From the NCBI GenBank assembly GCA_030704615.1, contig CM060734.1:54808001-54872000 (forward strand): a stretch of 64,000 bases of DNA, in the 5' to 3' direction. Origin of the DNA: Takakia lepidozioides. Taxonomy: Eukaryota > Plantae > Bryophyta. A program made the translations under genes and the position numbers. The notes beneath the pieces are model-generated. The model was given only the letters and a program-made list of their open reading frames with translations, did no database searches and was not told where the DNA came from. This document shows positions 1-10,016 of this stretch, one piece after another. Numbering within the stretch: the first letter of the stretch is position 1; each line of letters starts with the position of its first letter.

Positions 1-1129
1 TGCAGTTTACAATGGGTTCAATTCCATAGTTCAATTGTAGGTGGATTACTTGGCATGTTGATTATATGGGCTTGTCCTATTGGTGTTTGTTTATGTCGTA
101 AGAAGGTGAGTTTACTAGCCTCTCACATTGATATACATAAGGTGATATTGAAAGCAATGCTTGTGTCTCTTTGGGTACTGCCTGACAGACACTGATTCTT
201 GAGTCTGAGTTTGTTGCGATGAGAAAAGCTTAAAGTTTGAATCTCAAGAACAAGATCTCGTATCCGCGTAATTGTCTTTTTTTTTTATGAGGGCTGTTGG
301 GTGTGATAATTCTACAGCAGATCACAATAATCTAAGGCAGTCTGTAGAAGAAACAGATGTTTGGGCTGTTTTGAAAATCGTCCAAAGACCACTGGAGCAT
401 AACCAAATGCCAGGCTAGCGAACGTTGGCTTCATCTCTCTGGAATCCCGAGTACAATCCCTGTAATATTCCTCAAACAATTCTCCCCTGCCTTTATTCTG
501 GCCACCCAATGACCCTAGTCACTCTCTCTTCTGACACCTCGTTATTCTGATGCTCTCCCCCTCTGTGTATTGGGTGTTCTGTCTGTGTTGGTGTTCTTGA
601 GAGGTTTTGGCACCTGGGTTCTGACCGTATTTCGAGGAAGCTGGTTTCTCATTTCTGCAGGGTCCATCTCCTTAATGCAGTAGCTGTGGCCATGAGTGCC
701 GAGGAGCTATCATCTTCCCCTCCTGAGGCAGCAATCCGAAATGAGCGTAAGCTCCGCCGTTAAAGGAGAAGATCTGAGCCTGGAGCTGCGCCAGCCGATG
801 AGAGGTTCGTTTCTGATACATGAGCTCTGCCAGCAGATGAGAAGCTTGCTTTTGAGCCCAAAGCTTTCCCAGTCGATGAGCACTCTGATTTCTTCCACTA
901 TCGCCAAAGTCAGTCAGAATCCCCCTCGTACCTCATGACCTGCTCCAGTCAAGTGCAATTTCCCACCTACGCTGGGGAGAACCCACTATCAATTCCTGTG
1001 GATATGCCACAGGAAATGCCTCAACAGTACATCATGGTCAATATTCTCAGGAAATGGTGGATGAACTTAGTAGCTACACACGTCAATGAATGAAGCAAGA
1101 CACTCGAACCTTTCCAGACAAACATTGTT

Positions 1130-4100
1130 TCACCAGTAATCCCCACAAGAACAAACCCCATCTTCAAAGTGGTGGAAGCGGTTAGCGTCCCGTACAACAA
1201 TTGCTCGGCCAACAATCTTCGAGATGAGCTTGGTGGAAGTGTGGCAGTCACCACACACACGAAGATTCTTGATGAGACGGAGAGGCGTCCAATGGGCTGT
1301 GCTGATCAGCCCAAAACCAATGGCCAGCTTCTCACTGTGGTGGCAAAGAGAAAATTCCTTTTGTTCCTCCCCCACATCATGCAATACAAAGCGCGTGTCA
1401 GGCGCGTACCCTGCCTCCTTCATCTGCCCAGACAATCTTCTCAGCTCAGCATGGATTTCCTTAATTTTGGGATGCAATTTGTCATCTACCACAAAGGTGT
1501 GCACCCTGTTGCCAACCTCAATGCAGCAGTGACCTTGCTCCTTTCTAACCCCTCTGACCTTCATCATTTTTCTCACCTTTGCACTATCGTCCCACCTGCC
1601 AGCTGCGGCATAGATGTTTGATAGCAACACATAAGTCGCAGCATCCTGTTCATCCCACTTGAGAATAGATGTTGCCGCACGTTCAGCCATCTCCACATTG
1701 CCATGGATTCTGCAGGCACCAAGCAAAGCCTTCCACACCACAACATCTGGTTTGATTGGCATTATATTAATGAGGTCCTCTGCCTCATCCAATTGCCCCG
1801 CACGCCCAAGAAGGTCCACCATACAGCCAAAGTGCTTTGCTGTCGGCGTGACACCATGATCTTGACTCAGGGAGTCAAAGTAGCGTCTTCCTTCATCCAG
1901 TAGGCCAGCATGGCTGCATGCAAAGAGAATACATATAAAGGTGACACTGTCCGGCTTCAAACCTTCCTTTTGCATTCCTTCAAATAGTTGCAGGGCCTCC
2001 CTATGACAACCATGCTGGGCATATCCTGCGATCATCGCTTTCCATGACACCACATCTCGTTCGGCCATATTGTCGAACACTCCCTTTGCATCCTCGATGC
2101 ACCCACATTTGGCATACATGTCTATGAGGGTATTGTTCAGAATCACATCTGGTACAATTCCAGCTTTGATGATGTCACCATGGACCACTTTGCCCTTTTC
2201 CAGGGCTGCCAGGCTTGCACACGCATTGCAAATACAAACAAACGTGATGTGGTCTGGCTTCACTCCTTCCTGCATCATTTGCTTATAGGTCTCCAAAGCC
2301 TCCATCCCGCGTCCCTGCTGTGCATATCCTGCGACCATCGCATTCCACGAGACCACATCTCGTTCAGCCATATTGTCGAACACTCCCTTTGCATCCTCCA
2401 TGCACCCACATTTGGCATACATGTCCACAAGGGTACTGTTCAGAATGACATCTGGTACAATTCCAGCTTTGACCATGTCAGCGTGGACCTCTTTGCCCTT
2501 TTCCAGGGCAGCCAGGCTTGCACATGCATTGCAAACGCAAACAAACGTGATGTGGTCAGGCTTCACCCCTTCCCACATCATTTGTTCATAGGTCGCCAAA
2601 GCCTTCATCCCACACCCCTGCTGTGCATATCCTGCGATCATTGTGCTCCACGACACCACATCTCGTTCAGCCATATTGTCGAACACTCCCTTTGCATCCT
2701 CCATGCACCCACACTTGGCATACATGTCCACGAGGGTATTGTTCAGGATGACATTTGGTACCACTCCAGCTTTGACCATGTCACCATGGACCTCTTTGCC
2801 CTTTTCCAGGGCAGCCAGTCTCGCACACGCATTGCAAATGCAAACAAATGTGATGTGGTCGGGCTTCACCCCGACCCGCATCATTTGCTCATAGGTCTCC
2901 AAAGCCTCCATCCCCCGCCCCTGCTGTGCATATCCTGCGATCATTGCGCTCCACGACACCACATCATGTTCAGCCATATTGTCAAACACTCCCTTTGCAT
3001 CCTCCATGCACCCACATTTGGCATACATGTCCACCAGGGTACTGTTCAGAATGACATTTGGTACAATTCCAGCTTTCATAATGTCACCATGAACCTCTTT
3101 GCCTTTTTCCAGGGCTGCCAGGCTCGCACATGCATTACAAACGCAAACAAATGTGATGTGGTCTGGCTTCACCCCGACCTGCATCATTTGCTCATAGGTC
3201 TCCAAGGCCTCCATCCCGCGCCCCTGCTGTGCATATCCTGCAATCATCGCGCTCCACGACACCACATCACGTTCAGCCATATTGTCGAAAACTCCCTTTG
3301 CATCCTCGATGCACCCACATTTGGCATACATGTCCACCAGGGTACTGTTCAGAATGACATTTGGTTCAATTCCAGCTTTGATGATGTCACCATGGACCTC
3401 TTTGCCCTTTTCCAGGGCTGCCAGGCTCGCACACGCATTGCAAACGCAAACAAATGTGATGTGGTCCGGCTTCAATCCTTCCCGCATCATTTGCTCATAG
3501 GTCTCCAAAGCATTCCTACCAAACCCATGTTTGGTAAATCCTGCTATCATTATATTCCACGTGACCAAACATCGTTGAGGCATTCTATTGAACACTTGGT
3601 GAGCATCCACGATGCTCCCGCACTTAACATACATGTTGACAAGGGTGTTGTGTAGAAAAACGTTTGGCTTGAATCCACTTTGGATAATGTGAGCGTGCAC
3701 CTGCTTTCCAGCTGCCAGGCCTTTCATCTTGATGCACTTACGCAAGAGACAGACATAAGTATCTGAATCTGCTGAACTGCGTCCTTGGTTTAAAGTCTGT
3801 AGAGCCTCTTTCAGACGCCCTCCCTGACAGAGCATCCTCACATGCCCAGAAGTGCCGGAAGAGGCATTGTGGACTCCCTCTCTTGGTCCTATTTGGGAAG
3901 CTGTGGTCACGGTCGAGGTGCCTGATCTCATCAACTGTGCCGCTGCTGCTGCTACTTCTAGTTGGCCATCTACCCATGCAGGTTTCTTGTAGCTACAGAT
4001 CCACAGGGAATCATGGATCTTGTGCTTGAAATCCGGCCCACTTGGATGAATCTGGACCCACACTCTATCCCTGCTCCTCCAGCTATCCCCGCCTCTGCAC

Positions 4101-4150
4101 AAATCTGCATACATCCTCGCCTTGCTGCTAGCAGCTGACAAAGACAGCAT
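1130..4150 (-). CDS. PLS-class PPR protein with E1/E2 and DYW cytidine deaminase domain (organellar C-to-U editing factor); main exon 1130-4051, probably extended by upstream PDF-motif exons
   Basis: 1006-aa ORF with L-S-P triplets, P2-L2-S2, E motifs, HSEKLA and CGDCH zinc ligands and terminal DYW. The N-terminal part has PDFKHK...LW...PAWV preceded by a CAG acceptor at 4052-4054. Confidence 0.95.
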   Translation of the reverse strand: MLSLSAASSKARMYADLCRGGDSWRSRDRVWVQIHPSGPDFKHKIHDSLWICSYKKPAWVDGQLEVAAAAAQLMRSGTSTVTTASQIGPREGVHNASSGTSGHVRMLCQGGRLKEALQTLNQGRSSADSDTYVCLLRKCIKMKGLAAGKQVHAHIIQSGFKPNVFLHNTLVNMYVKCGSIVDAHQVFNRMPQRCLVTWNIMIAGFTKHGFGRNALETYEQMMREGLKPDHITFVCVCNACASLAALEKGKEVHGDIIKAGIEPNVILNSTLVDMYAKCGCIEDAKGVFDNMAERDVVSWSAMIAGYAQQGRGMEALETYEQMMQVGVKPDHITFVCVCNACASLAALEKGKEVHGDIMKAGIVPNVILNSTLVDMYAKCGCMEDAKGVFDNMAEHDVVSWSAMIAGYAQQGRGMEALETYEQMMRVGVKPDHITFVCICNACARLAALEKGKEVHGDMVKAGVVPNVILNNTLVDMYAKCGCMEDAKGVFDNMAERDVVSWSTMIAGYAQQGCGMKALATYEQMMWEGVKPDHITFVCVCNACASLAALEKGKEVHADMVKAGIVPDVILNSTLVDMYAKCGCMEDAKGVFDNMAERDVVSWNAMVAGYAQQGRGMEALETYKQMMQEGVKPDHITFVCICNACASLAALEKGKVVHGDIIKAGIVPDVILNNTLIDMYAKCGCIEDAKGVFDNMAERDVVSWKAMIAGYAQHGCHREALQLFEGMQKEGLKPDSVTFICILFACSHAGLLDEGRRYFDSLSQDHGVTPTAKHFGCMVDLLGRAGQLDEAEDLINIMPIKPDVVVWKALLGACRIHGNVEMAERAATSILKWDEQDAATYVLLSNIYAAAGRWDDSAKVRKMMKVRGVRKEQGHCCIEVGNRVHTFVVDDKLHPKIKEIHAELRRLSGQMKEAGYAPDTRFVLHDVGEEQKEFSLCHHSEKLAIGFGLISTAHWTPLRLIKNLRVCGDCHTSTKLISKIVGRAIVVRDANRFHHFEDGVCSCGDYW
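2000..3510 (-). repeat. Five near-identical 303-bp tandem units, each one L-S-P PPR triplet
   Basis: HITFVCxCNACA...VFDNMAExDVVSW recurs five times at 101-aa spacing; antisense ORF starts at 2070, 2373 and 3282 are multiples of 303 apart. Confidence 0.95.
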
Positions 4151-4242
4151 AGATTTCTTCTAGCAAACACCCCAACCCTACTCATCACACTAGTCTATGC
4201 TGAATTGCATCTGCTTCTCTCTGTAATCTAACAGGCATTCAC

Positions 4243-5027
4243 CTTTTTGCCTTGATTGTCCCCCCCCCCCCTCTGACTGGGGTCTGAAAAATATTTATTC
4301 CAGAGCTTCTCCTTGTCTCTGTTAACTGTTTTTGGATACTTTCCTGCTGCCACATTGAATGAAATTCACTCAAACCATCATAGATCCACCCATGGAGCTT
4401 ACTTGCAGAATTCAACATGAAAAATTATGGATGACTCTGATAAGACGGCAAAACAGGCTGAAATGTGTTGAAGAAGGAGTCCTCACCACATTGTCCTTGA
4501 CCTTGTGTCATGAAAGCAGCTAGCTTTTCTTTCAACCATGGAGGATTCAACCGACCATCAACTGAAAAGGACCTCTTGTGTGTGCTGCTTGTGTGTGCAG
4601 TCAGGTGATGTCGGATTGGTCTGTGAGGAGAACCACCATAGATTTAAACTCTGCCTCCTAAGTCCAAGCTGACCCTCCTATGTACCTTGTAAACACTAAA
4701 CACCAGGAAAAGTATCAAATCATGATACTAACAGGAAGAGCCCACATTTTCAGGATAGACAAACTTCTTCACATCATACATTAAGAAAGCCACACCTTGC
4801 CATTGCATTTGTTCCACCATTGAGAAGGATCTTCAAAAACTCGCGCCAGACCTGCTCCATGCTCCACAGTAGACCTTTGTTCCCGAAATTTCCACAACAT
4901 TAACATTTTGACAAGTTCCCTTATGCAGGAGTGCTAGTGAGCTTTCAACAACATTCATGCCAGTCACTTTGGGCTCCATTGGACTCCACATATTGAGGAA
5001 CATTCGAACATGTCCAAACGTACACAT
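4243..5027 (-). other. Upstream exons of the PPR-DYW gene encoding two degenerate OSB-type PDF motifs (exons ~5027/4860-4796, 4620-4487, 4343-4243)
   Basis: GT-AG introns 4795-4621, 4486-4344 and 4242-4052 with compatible phases. Peptides VWREF/EDPSQWWNKCNGK|TNPTSPDCTHK/...VDGRLNPPWL and KLWNKYFSDPSQRGGGDNQGKK|IHPSGPDFKHK. Confidence 0.75.
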
Positions 5028-6824
5028 ATGCTTAAACAGCTTACGTCTGTAGTGTGGAGATTTTGGAATTGTCTGTGAAAACGATCATGGAGCAGCCACA
5101 GTCTCAACCCTCCCAAGCACCTTGCAAACTCTAGGGATCAGACAACAGCCCTTGCGCATCCTACTTTCAGGATCGATACGGACAGTAGAAGCAGTTTTTG
5201 GTGACTTCACTCAGCAACGGTACAATCCAGTCCACAATACGATCATAGCAGAGTTCAGTCAAACTCTCTTTCTTATTCTACATGAAGAAAGCTCACCTTG
5301 TCGAGGCTAGTGTCCCACCATTGTGAAGTATCTTCAAAGAACTGCCACCGCTGTTCCATGCGGTGGCAGGGTTGACCTACGCGCCTACCAATTATCGGCC
5401 ATGTCTAACGATCCCGTGCGCTCTCTTGCTTCTTTGCCTAGAGGACATTCGTTTCTGCTGAATTGCGCTGCTGAATTCCGCTAAAGACAATTCCAAACCT
5501 GGATCCGACGGCCCATGCATGCAACACAGCGACCCCCAAAAGGAAACCGCGAAGTGTTTCGTGTTATCACCTAGTTTGAATGGCATTCTGAAGGCGCCAT
5601 CGTCACCATACTTGAAGAGTGGGTTGTTTGGAATTTTAGAAGATTTTGAACACATGGCTCTCAGCTCCTGTTATCCTGCTTGTCAGATCTCTTCTTCTCT
5701 GTATCAAAGCGGGTCGTTTATTCTGTCCCTTAAGCGTCAGTTCAGCCGTCCGAGCTACGATCACACCGCCCTGTTTTCCGACGGCAGAGCACAGCAATCA
5801 CCTTTCACTGATAAGAATTCAGTCAAGAGACATCGAGGAGGCGGCGCCCTCAAAGCGAAAATTTTAGTGGGAAGAGGTGCAGTATCTTGCAATGATGATG
5901 ATGGCTGTAGAGAGCGTGCCAGGTCCGTGGAAAGGACAGATAGTAATTTTCTTAGAACTTCTCTAGGGGCCTCAACATCGTTTCTTTATTTCGAGCAAGA
6001 TATGTAGGCTTTGCAGATGGTATGCCTGGTCTCTCTAGTAGGTTAGTGTGCAATATCATGCAATTAGATCTGAAAGCATTCGAACGTTGCCACGACCTGA
6101 CTTGTCAGTAGGGGTTGGCTTGTCGGATTGTAGAACGTTTTACTCTCTACAACAGAAATTCTGATGTTCAAAAAGGCGAGCTCAACGTCATTGTAGTGTA
6201 TCAGAAGCTTCCTTCTTTCCAAGAGGTGATGAGTATACATAGGTAATGCTTTATCTTGTCTGGTGTGATTCAGGTGCTCATTATAGGGATGGAAGCGGCA
6301 TGACGCATGATTGAGAATAGACATATGCCGCATCTAGACAGGGACGTGAGTATGCGGGGTTCTGCGATTTAGGCTTCCTGTTGACAATGAAATAATCTAC
6401 ATCAACTGCCCCTAATGTTGGAAGACTCGTCCGTCACTAGTGTTTCTTGGTGGGTGTGAAAGTGTAGCAGATTTTTCGATCCTGAGATGATTGTGGAAGG
6501 CACTGCAGATGCAACTATGAACGGAGCTGAAACACCCATCAGTTTTTTCTCACCGTATCACAATGCCTCTTGCGACCAATGTTAGCGGGAGTTTTCGGTC
6601 TGCCTATCCTCCGGTCCTTCTCTTTATCTTCGTTGTTGATCACATGAACTCCTTCTCTTGTGGTTCAAGAGAATTGAGAGGCAACAGCCTTGCATGTAGA
6701 AAATATCTCTTACTGTAATCCCAATGTTCTGGAGTGTCAGGATCTCTATTAATTATTCTCAATGCTTGGATATGAAGCTCACAGTTAACCAATTCGTGCC
6801 TGTTCTTTTGAACTATCTTGTAGG

Positions 6825-9800
6825 ATGGTGCGATTTGAGCTCGGGAATCAGCTGCGGTTGTTTTCTCGCTATGGGAGTGATGGAATGGGGATTGGTCTCG
6901 GCACATCCGTTATCTCTTCTGATCTCGATGAAGGGCGGGAAAAGGGGGGCGAAGGCCAGGGGAACGTAGACTACTCTGGGAGTGTTGGCGATTTGAGGAA
7001 GCTTTCTAAAGAGGGACGGTTGAATCAGGCATTGCGCCTTTTAGATCGTATTGACCCACAAGGCATTCAGGCATACACCGACACCTATGTTTGTCTACTG
7101 CAGCTGTGTGCCAAGACGAAAGCACTGGCTGATGGCAAGCGGGTCCATGCCCACATCGCGAAGAGGGGATTCAAGCCTGATATCTTTTTGGGGAACACCC
7201 TTGTTAGCATGTATACCAAGTGCAGGAGTGTTGTGGATGCGCGCCAAGTTTTCGACGAAATGCCTGAACGAGACGTTGTCTCATGGAATGCTGTAATTGC
7301 AGGATATTCTCAGCATGGGTTTGGCAAGGAGGCGTTTGAACTCTTTGGGAAGATGCAACGAGAAGGCTTGATGCCAAACAAGGTCACCTACATGAGCATC
7401 CTCAATGCTTGCACCAGCCCGGCGGCCTTGGAAGAGGGAAAACAGGTCCATGCCAACATTATTAGAAGTAACTGTGACCGGGATGTCAGTGTGGGTAATG
7501 CCCTTGTCAGCATGTATGCCAGGTGTGGGAGTACAAAAGATATGCGCCAAGTGTTTGCCAAAATGCCAGAGCGAAATGTGGTCTCATGGAATGCAATGAT
7601 TGCTGCATTTACCCAGCATGGGCTTGGAGAAGATGCTTTGGAACTCTTTCGGCAAATGCATCGAGAAGGGGAAAAGCCCGACAAAACCACCTTCTTGAGC
7701 ATCCTCAATGCATGTGGCAGCCCAGCAGCTCTAGAGGAAGGCAGTCAGGTGCATGCCCACATCATCAAAGCTGGTTTTGAGTCAGATGTACGTGTAGGGA
7801 CTGCCCTTGTCAGCATGTATAGCAGGTGTGGAAGTGTGGAGAGAGCTTGTCAAGTGTTCCGAAAAATGCCTGAACGTGATGTGGTTTCATGGAATGCAAT
7901 GATTGCAGGATTTGCGCAGCAAGGACATGGCAAAGAGGCATTTGAGCACTTTCGCCAAATGCAAGTGGAAGGCATGAAGCCGAACAAGATCACCTTTATG
8001 AGTATCCTTAACGCATGTGCAGACCCAGAAGGCCTGGAACAGGGAAAGCAGATTCACACCCAAGTTGCCGAAAGTGGATTCAAGCCGCATATTCACATGG
8101 GGAATGCCCTTATCAGCATGTATGCCAGATGCAAAGCTGTGGTGGATGCGCGTCAAGTGTTTGAGAAAATGCCTGAACGAGATGTTGTCTCATGGAATGC
8201 ATTGATTGCAGGATATGTCCAGCAGGGGCACAGTAAAGAGACATTTCAACTCTTTCGACAAATGCAAAGAGAAGGTGTGAAGCCTGATAAGCTCACTTTC
8301 ATTAATATCCTCAAGGCATGTACCAGCCCCACAGCCCTAGAAGAGGGTAAGGGGGTCCATGCCAACATCATCAGGAGTGGGTATGAGCCAGATGTATATT
8401 TGGGGAACATCCTTGTCAGCATGTATACTAGGTGTGGGAGTGTGGTGGATGCCCGCCGAGTATTCGACAAAATGCCCTCTCGTGATGTGGTTTCATGGAG
8501 TGCTATAATTGCAGGATATGCACAACATGGTCATGCCGAAGATGCTTGCAAACTATTTTGGCAAATGCAAGGAGAAGGCATGAAACCAAACATGATCACC
8601 TTCAGTAGCATCCTCAAGGCATGTGCCAGCCCAACTACCTGTGAAGAAGGCAGGGATGTTCTTGCCTTCATGATCAGAAGTGGATTTGAGCCAGATGTCA
8701 GTGTGGGGAATGCCCTCATCAGCATGTATGCCAGACGCGGAAGTCTGGTGGTTGCACGCCAAGTTTTCGACCAAATATCGGAACAAGATGTGGTCTCATG
8801 GAACAAGATGATAGCTGCATATGCGCAGCACGGGTACAGTGAAGAGGTGTTTGAACTATTTCTGCAAATGCAACAAAAGGGAGTGAAGCCAAACAAATTC
8901 ACCTTCATTGGCATCCTTAGTGCATGTGCCAGCCTAGCAGCCCTGGACGAGGGCAAGCAAGTCCATGGACAAATCATGCAAAATGGATTTGAGGTTGATG
9001 TCCTTGTGGGGAGCACCCTCATCAGCATGTATGCCAAGTGTGGTAGTGTGGTGGATGCACGCCAGGTTTTTGACAGAATGTCTGAACGGACGGTGGTGTC
9101 ATGGAATGCAATGCTCGCAGGATATGCTCAGCACGGGTTGTGTAAGGATGCCCTCAGACTCTTTGAGTTTATGCAGTTAGAAGGAGTTACACCAAATGAT
9201 ATTACATTCGTAAGCGTGCTGTCTGCATGCAGCCATGGGGGCCTAGTGCGTGAAGGCCAACACTACTTTCAATCCATGAGTCAAGATTATGGCCTCACAG
9301 CAATGGTGGAGCACTATGGCTGCATGGTTGGCCTACTTGGTCGTGCAGGGCACTTGGAGGAGGCAGCAGAACTAATTAGCAAAATGCCATTGGAACCAGA
9401 TGCTGGCATCTGGGGGTCTTTGCTTGGTGCATGCAGAAAGCATGGCAATTCGGAACTAGCAGAACATGCTGCAGAAGGTGTTCTCAAACTAGAACCACAA
9501 AATGCTTCAGTGTATGTGCTGCTATCAAACATCTATGCTGCAGCTGGCAGGTGGGATGAAGTAGCTAAGGTGAGGAACTTGATGGATGTCAGAGGTGTGA
9601 AAAAGGAGGCAGGCCAGAGTTGGATCAAGGTTAATAACAGGATACATTCCTTTGTTGCAGATGATACACTACATCCACAAACAGAGGAGATATATGCGGA
9701 GCTGAAGAGATTGATTTGGCAAATGACAGAGGCAGGATATGTGCCAGACATGCGCTTTGTATTGCATGATGTGGATCAGCAGCAGAAGGAACAGGCTATC

Positions 9801-10016
9801 TGTCACCATAGTGAAAAGCTGGCCATAGCTTTTGGGCTCATCAGCACACCCCCTGGGACACCTATCCATATCATCAAGAATCTTAGGGTATGTGATGATT
9901 GCCATACCGCCAGCAAGTTCATCTCCAAGATTGTTGGCAGACAGATTGTTGCAAGGGATGCTAAACGCTTTCACCACTTTAAGAATGGCGTATGTTCTTG
10001 TGGGGATTATTGGTGA
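6825..10016 (+). CDS. PLS-class PPR protein with E1/E2 and DYW domain (C-to-U editing factor)
   Basis: 1063-aa uninterrupted ORF with seven L-S-P triplets, then L2-S2-E1-E2, HSEKLA, CDDCH and terminal GDYW. An acceptor-like TTGTAG lies just before the ATG, so a 5' exon may exist. Confidence 0.95.
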   Translation: MVRFELGNQLRLFSRYGSDGMGIGLGTSVISSDLDEGREKGGEGQGNVDYSGSVGDLRKLSKEGRLNQALRLLDRIDPQGIQAYTDTYVCLLQLCAKTKALADGKRVHAHIAKRGFKPDIFLGNTLVSMYTKCRSVVDARQVFDEMPERDVVSWNAVIAGYSQHGFGKEAFELFGKMQREGLMPNKVTYMSILNACTSPAALEEGKQVHANIIRSNCDRDVSVGNALVSMYARCGSTKDMRQVFAKMPERNVVSWNAMIAAFTQHGLGEDALELFRQMHREGEKPDKTTFLSILNACGSPAALEEGSQVHAHIIKAGFESDVRVGTALVSMYSRCGSVERACQVFRKMPERDVVSWNAMIAGFAQQGHGKEAFEHFRQMQVEGMKPNKITFMSILNACADPEGLEQGKQIHTQVAESGFKPHIHMGNALISMYARCKAVVDARQVFEKMPERDVVSWNALIAGYVQQGHSKETFQLFRQMQREGVKPDKLTFINILKACTSPTALEEGKGVHANIIRSGYEPDVYLGNILVSMYTRCGSVVDARRVFDKMPSRDVVSWSAIIAGYAQHGHAEDACKLFWQMQGEGMKPNMITFSSILKACASPTTCEEGRDVLAFMIRSGFEPDVSVGNALISMYARRGSLVVARQVFDQISEQDVVSWNKMIAAYAQHGYSEEVFELFLQMQQKGVKPNKFTFIGILSACASLAALDEGKQVHGQIMQNGFEVDVLVGSTLISMYAKCGSVVDARQVFDRMSERTVVSWNAMLAGYAQHGLCKDALRLFEFMQLEGVTPNDITFVSVLSACSHGGLVREGQHYFQSMSQDYGLTAMVEHYGCMVGLLGRAGHLEEAAELISKMPLEPDAGIWGSLLGACRKHGNSELAEHAAEGVLKLEPQNASVYVLLSNIYAAAGRWDEVAKVRNLMDVRGVKKEAGQSWIKVNNRIHSFVADDTLHPQTEEIYAELKRLIWQMTEAGYVPDMRFVLHDVDQQQKEQAICHHSEKLAIAFGLISTPPGTPIHIIKNLRVCDDCHTASKFISKIVGRQIVARDAKRFHHFKNGVCSCGDYW

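Noticed and set aside
312-938. Short ORFs downstream of the first PPR gene
   Set aside because: No recognisable motif and stops occur in all frames.
2180-3655. 491-aa ORF antisense to the first PPR gene
   Set aside because: By-product of a stop-free 303-bp unit repeated five times; no independent protein features.
5392-6333. Short ORFs between the two PPR genes
   Set aside because: No recognisable domain; more likely promoter or UTR sequence.
1130-10016. U-to-C (reverse) editing DYW:KP-type factors
   Set aside because: Both domains have canonical HSE, CxxC and terminal DYW, consistent with C-to-U.
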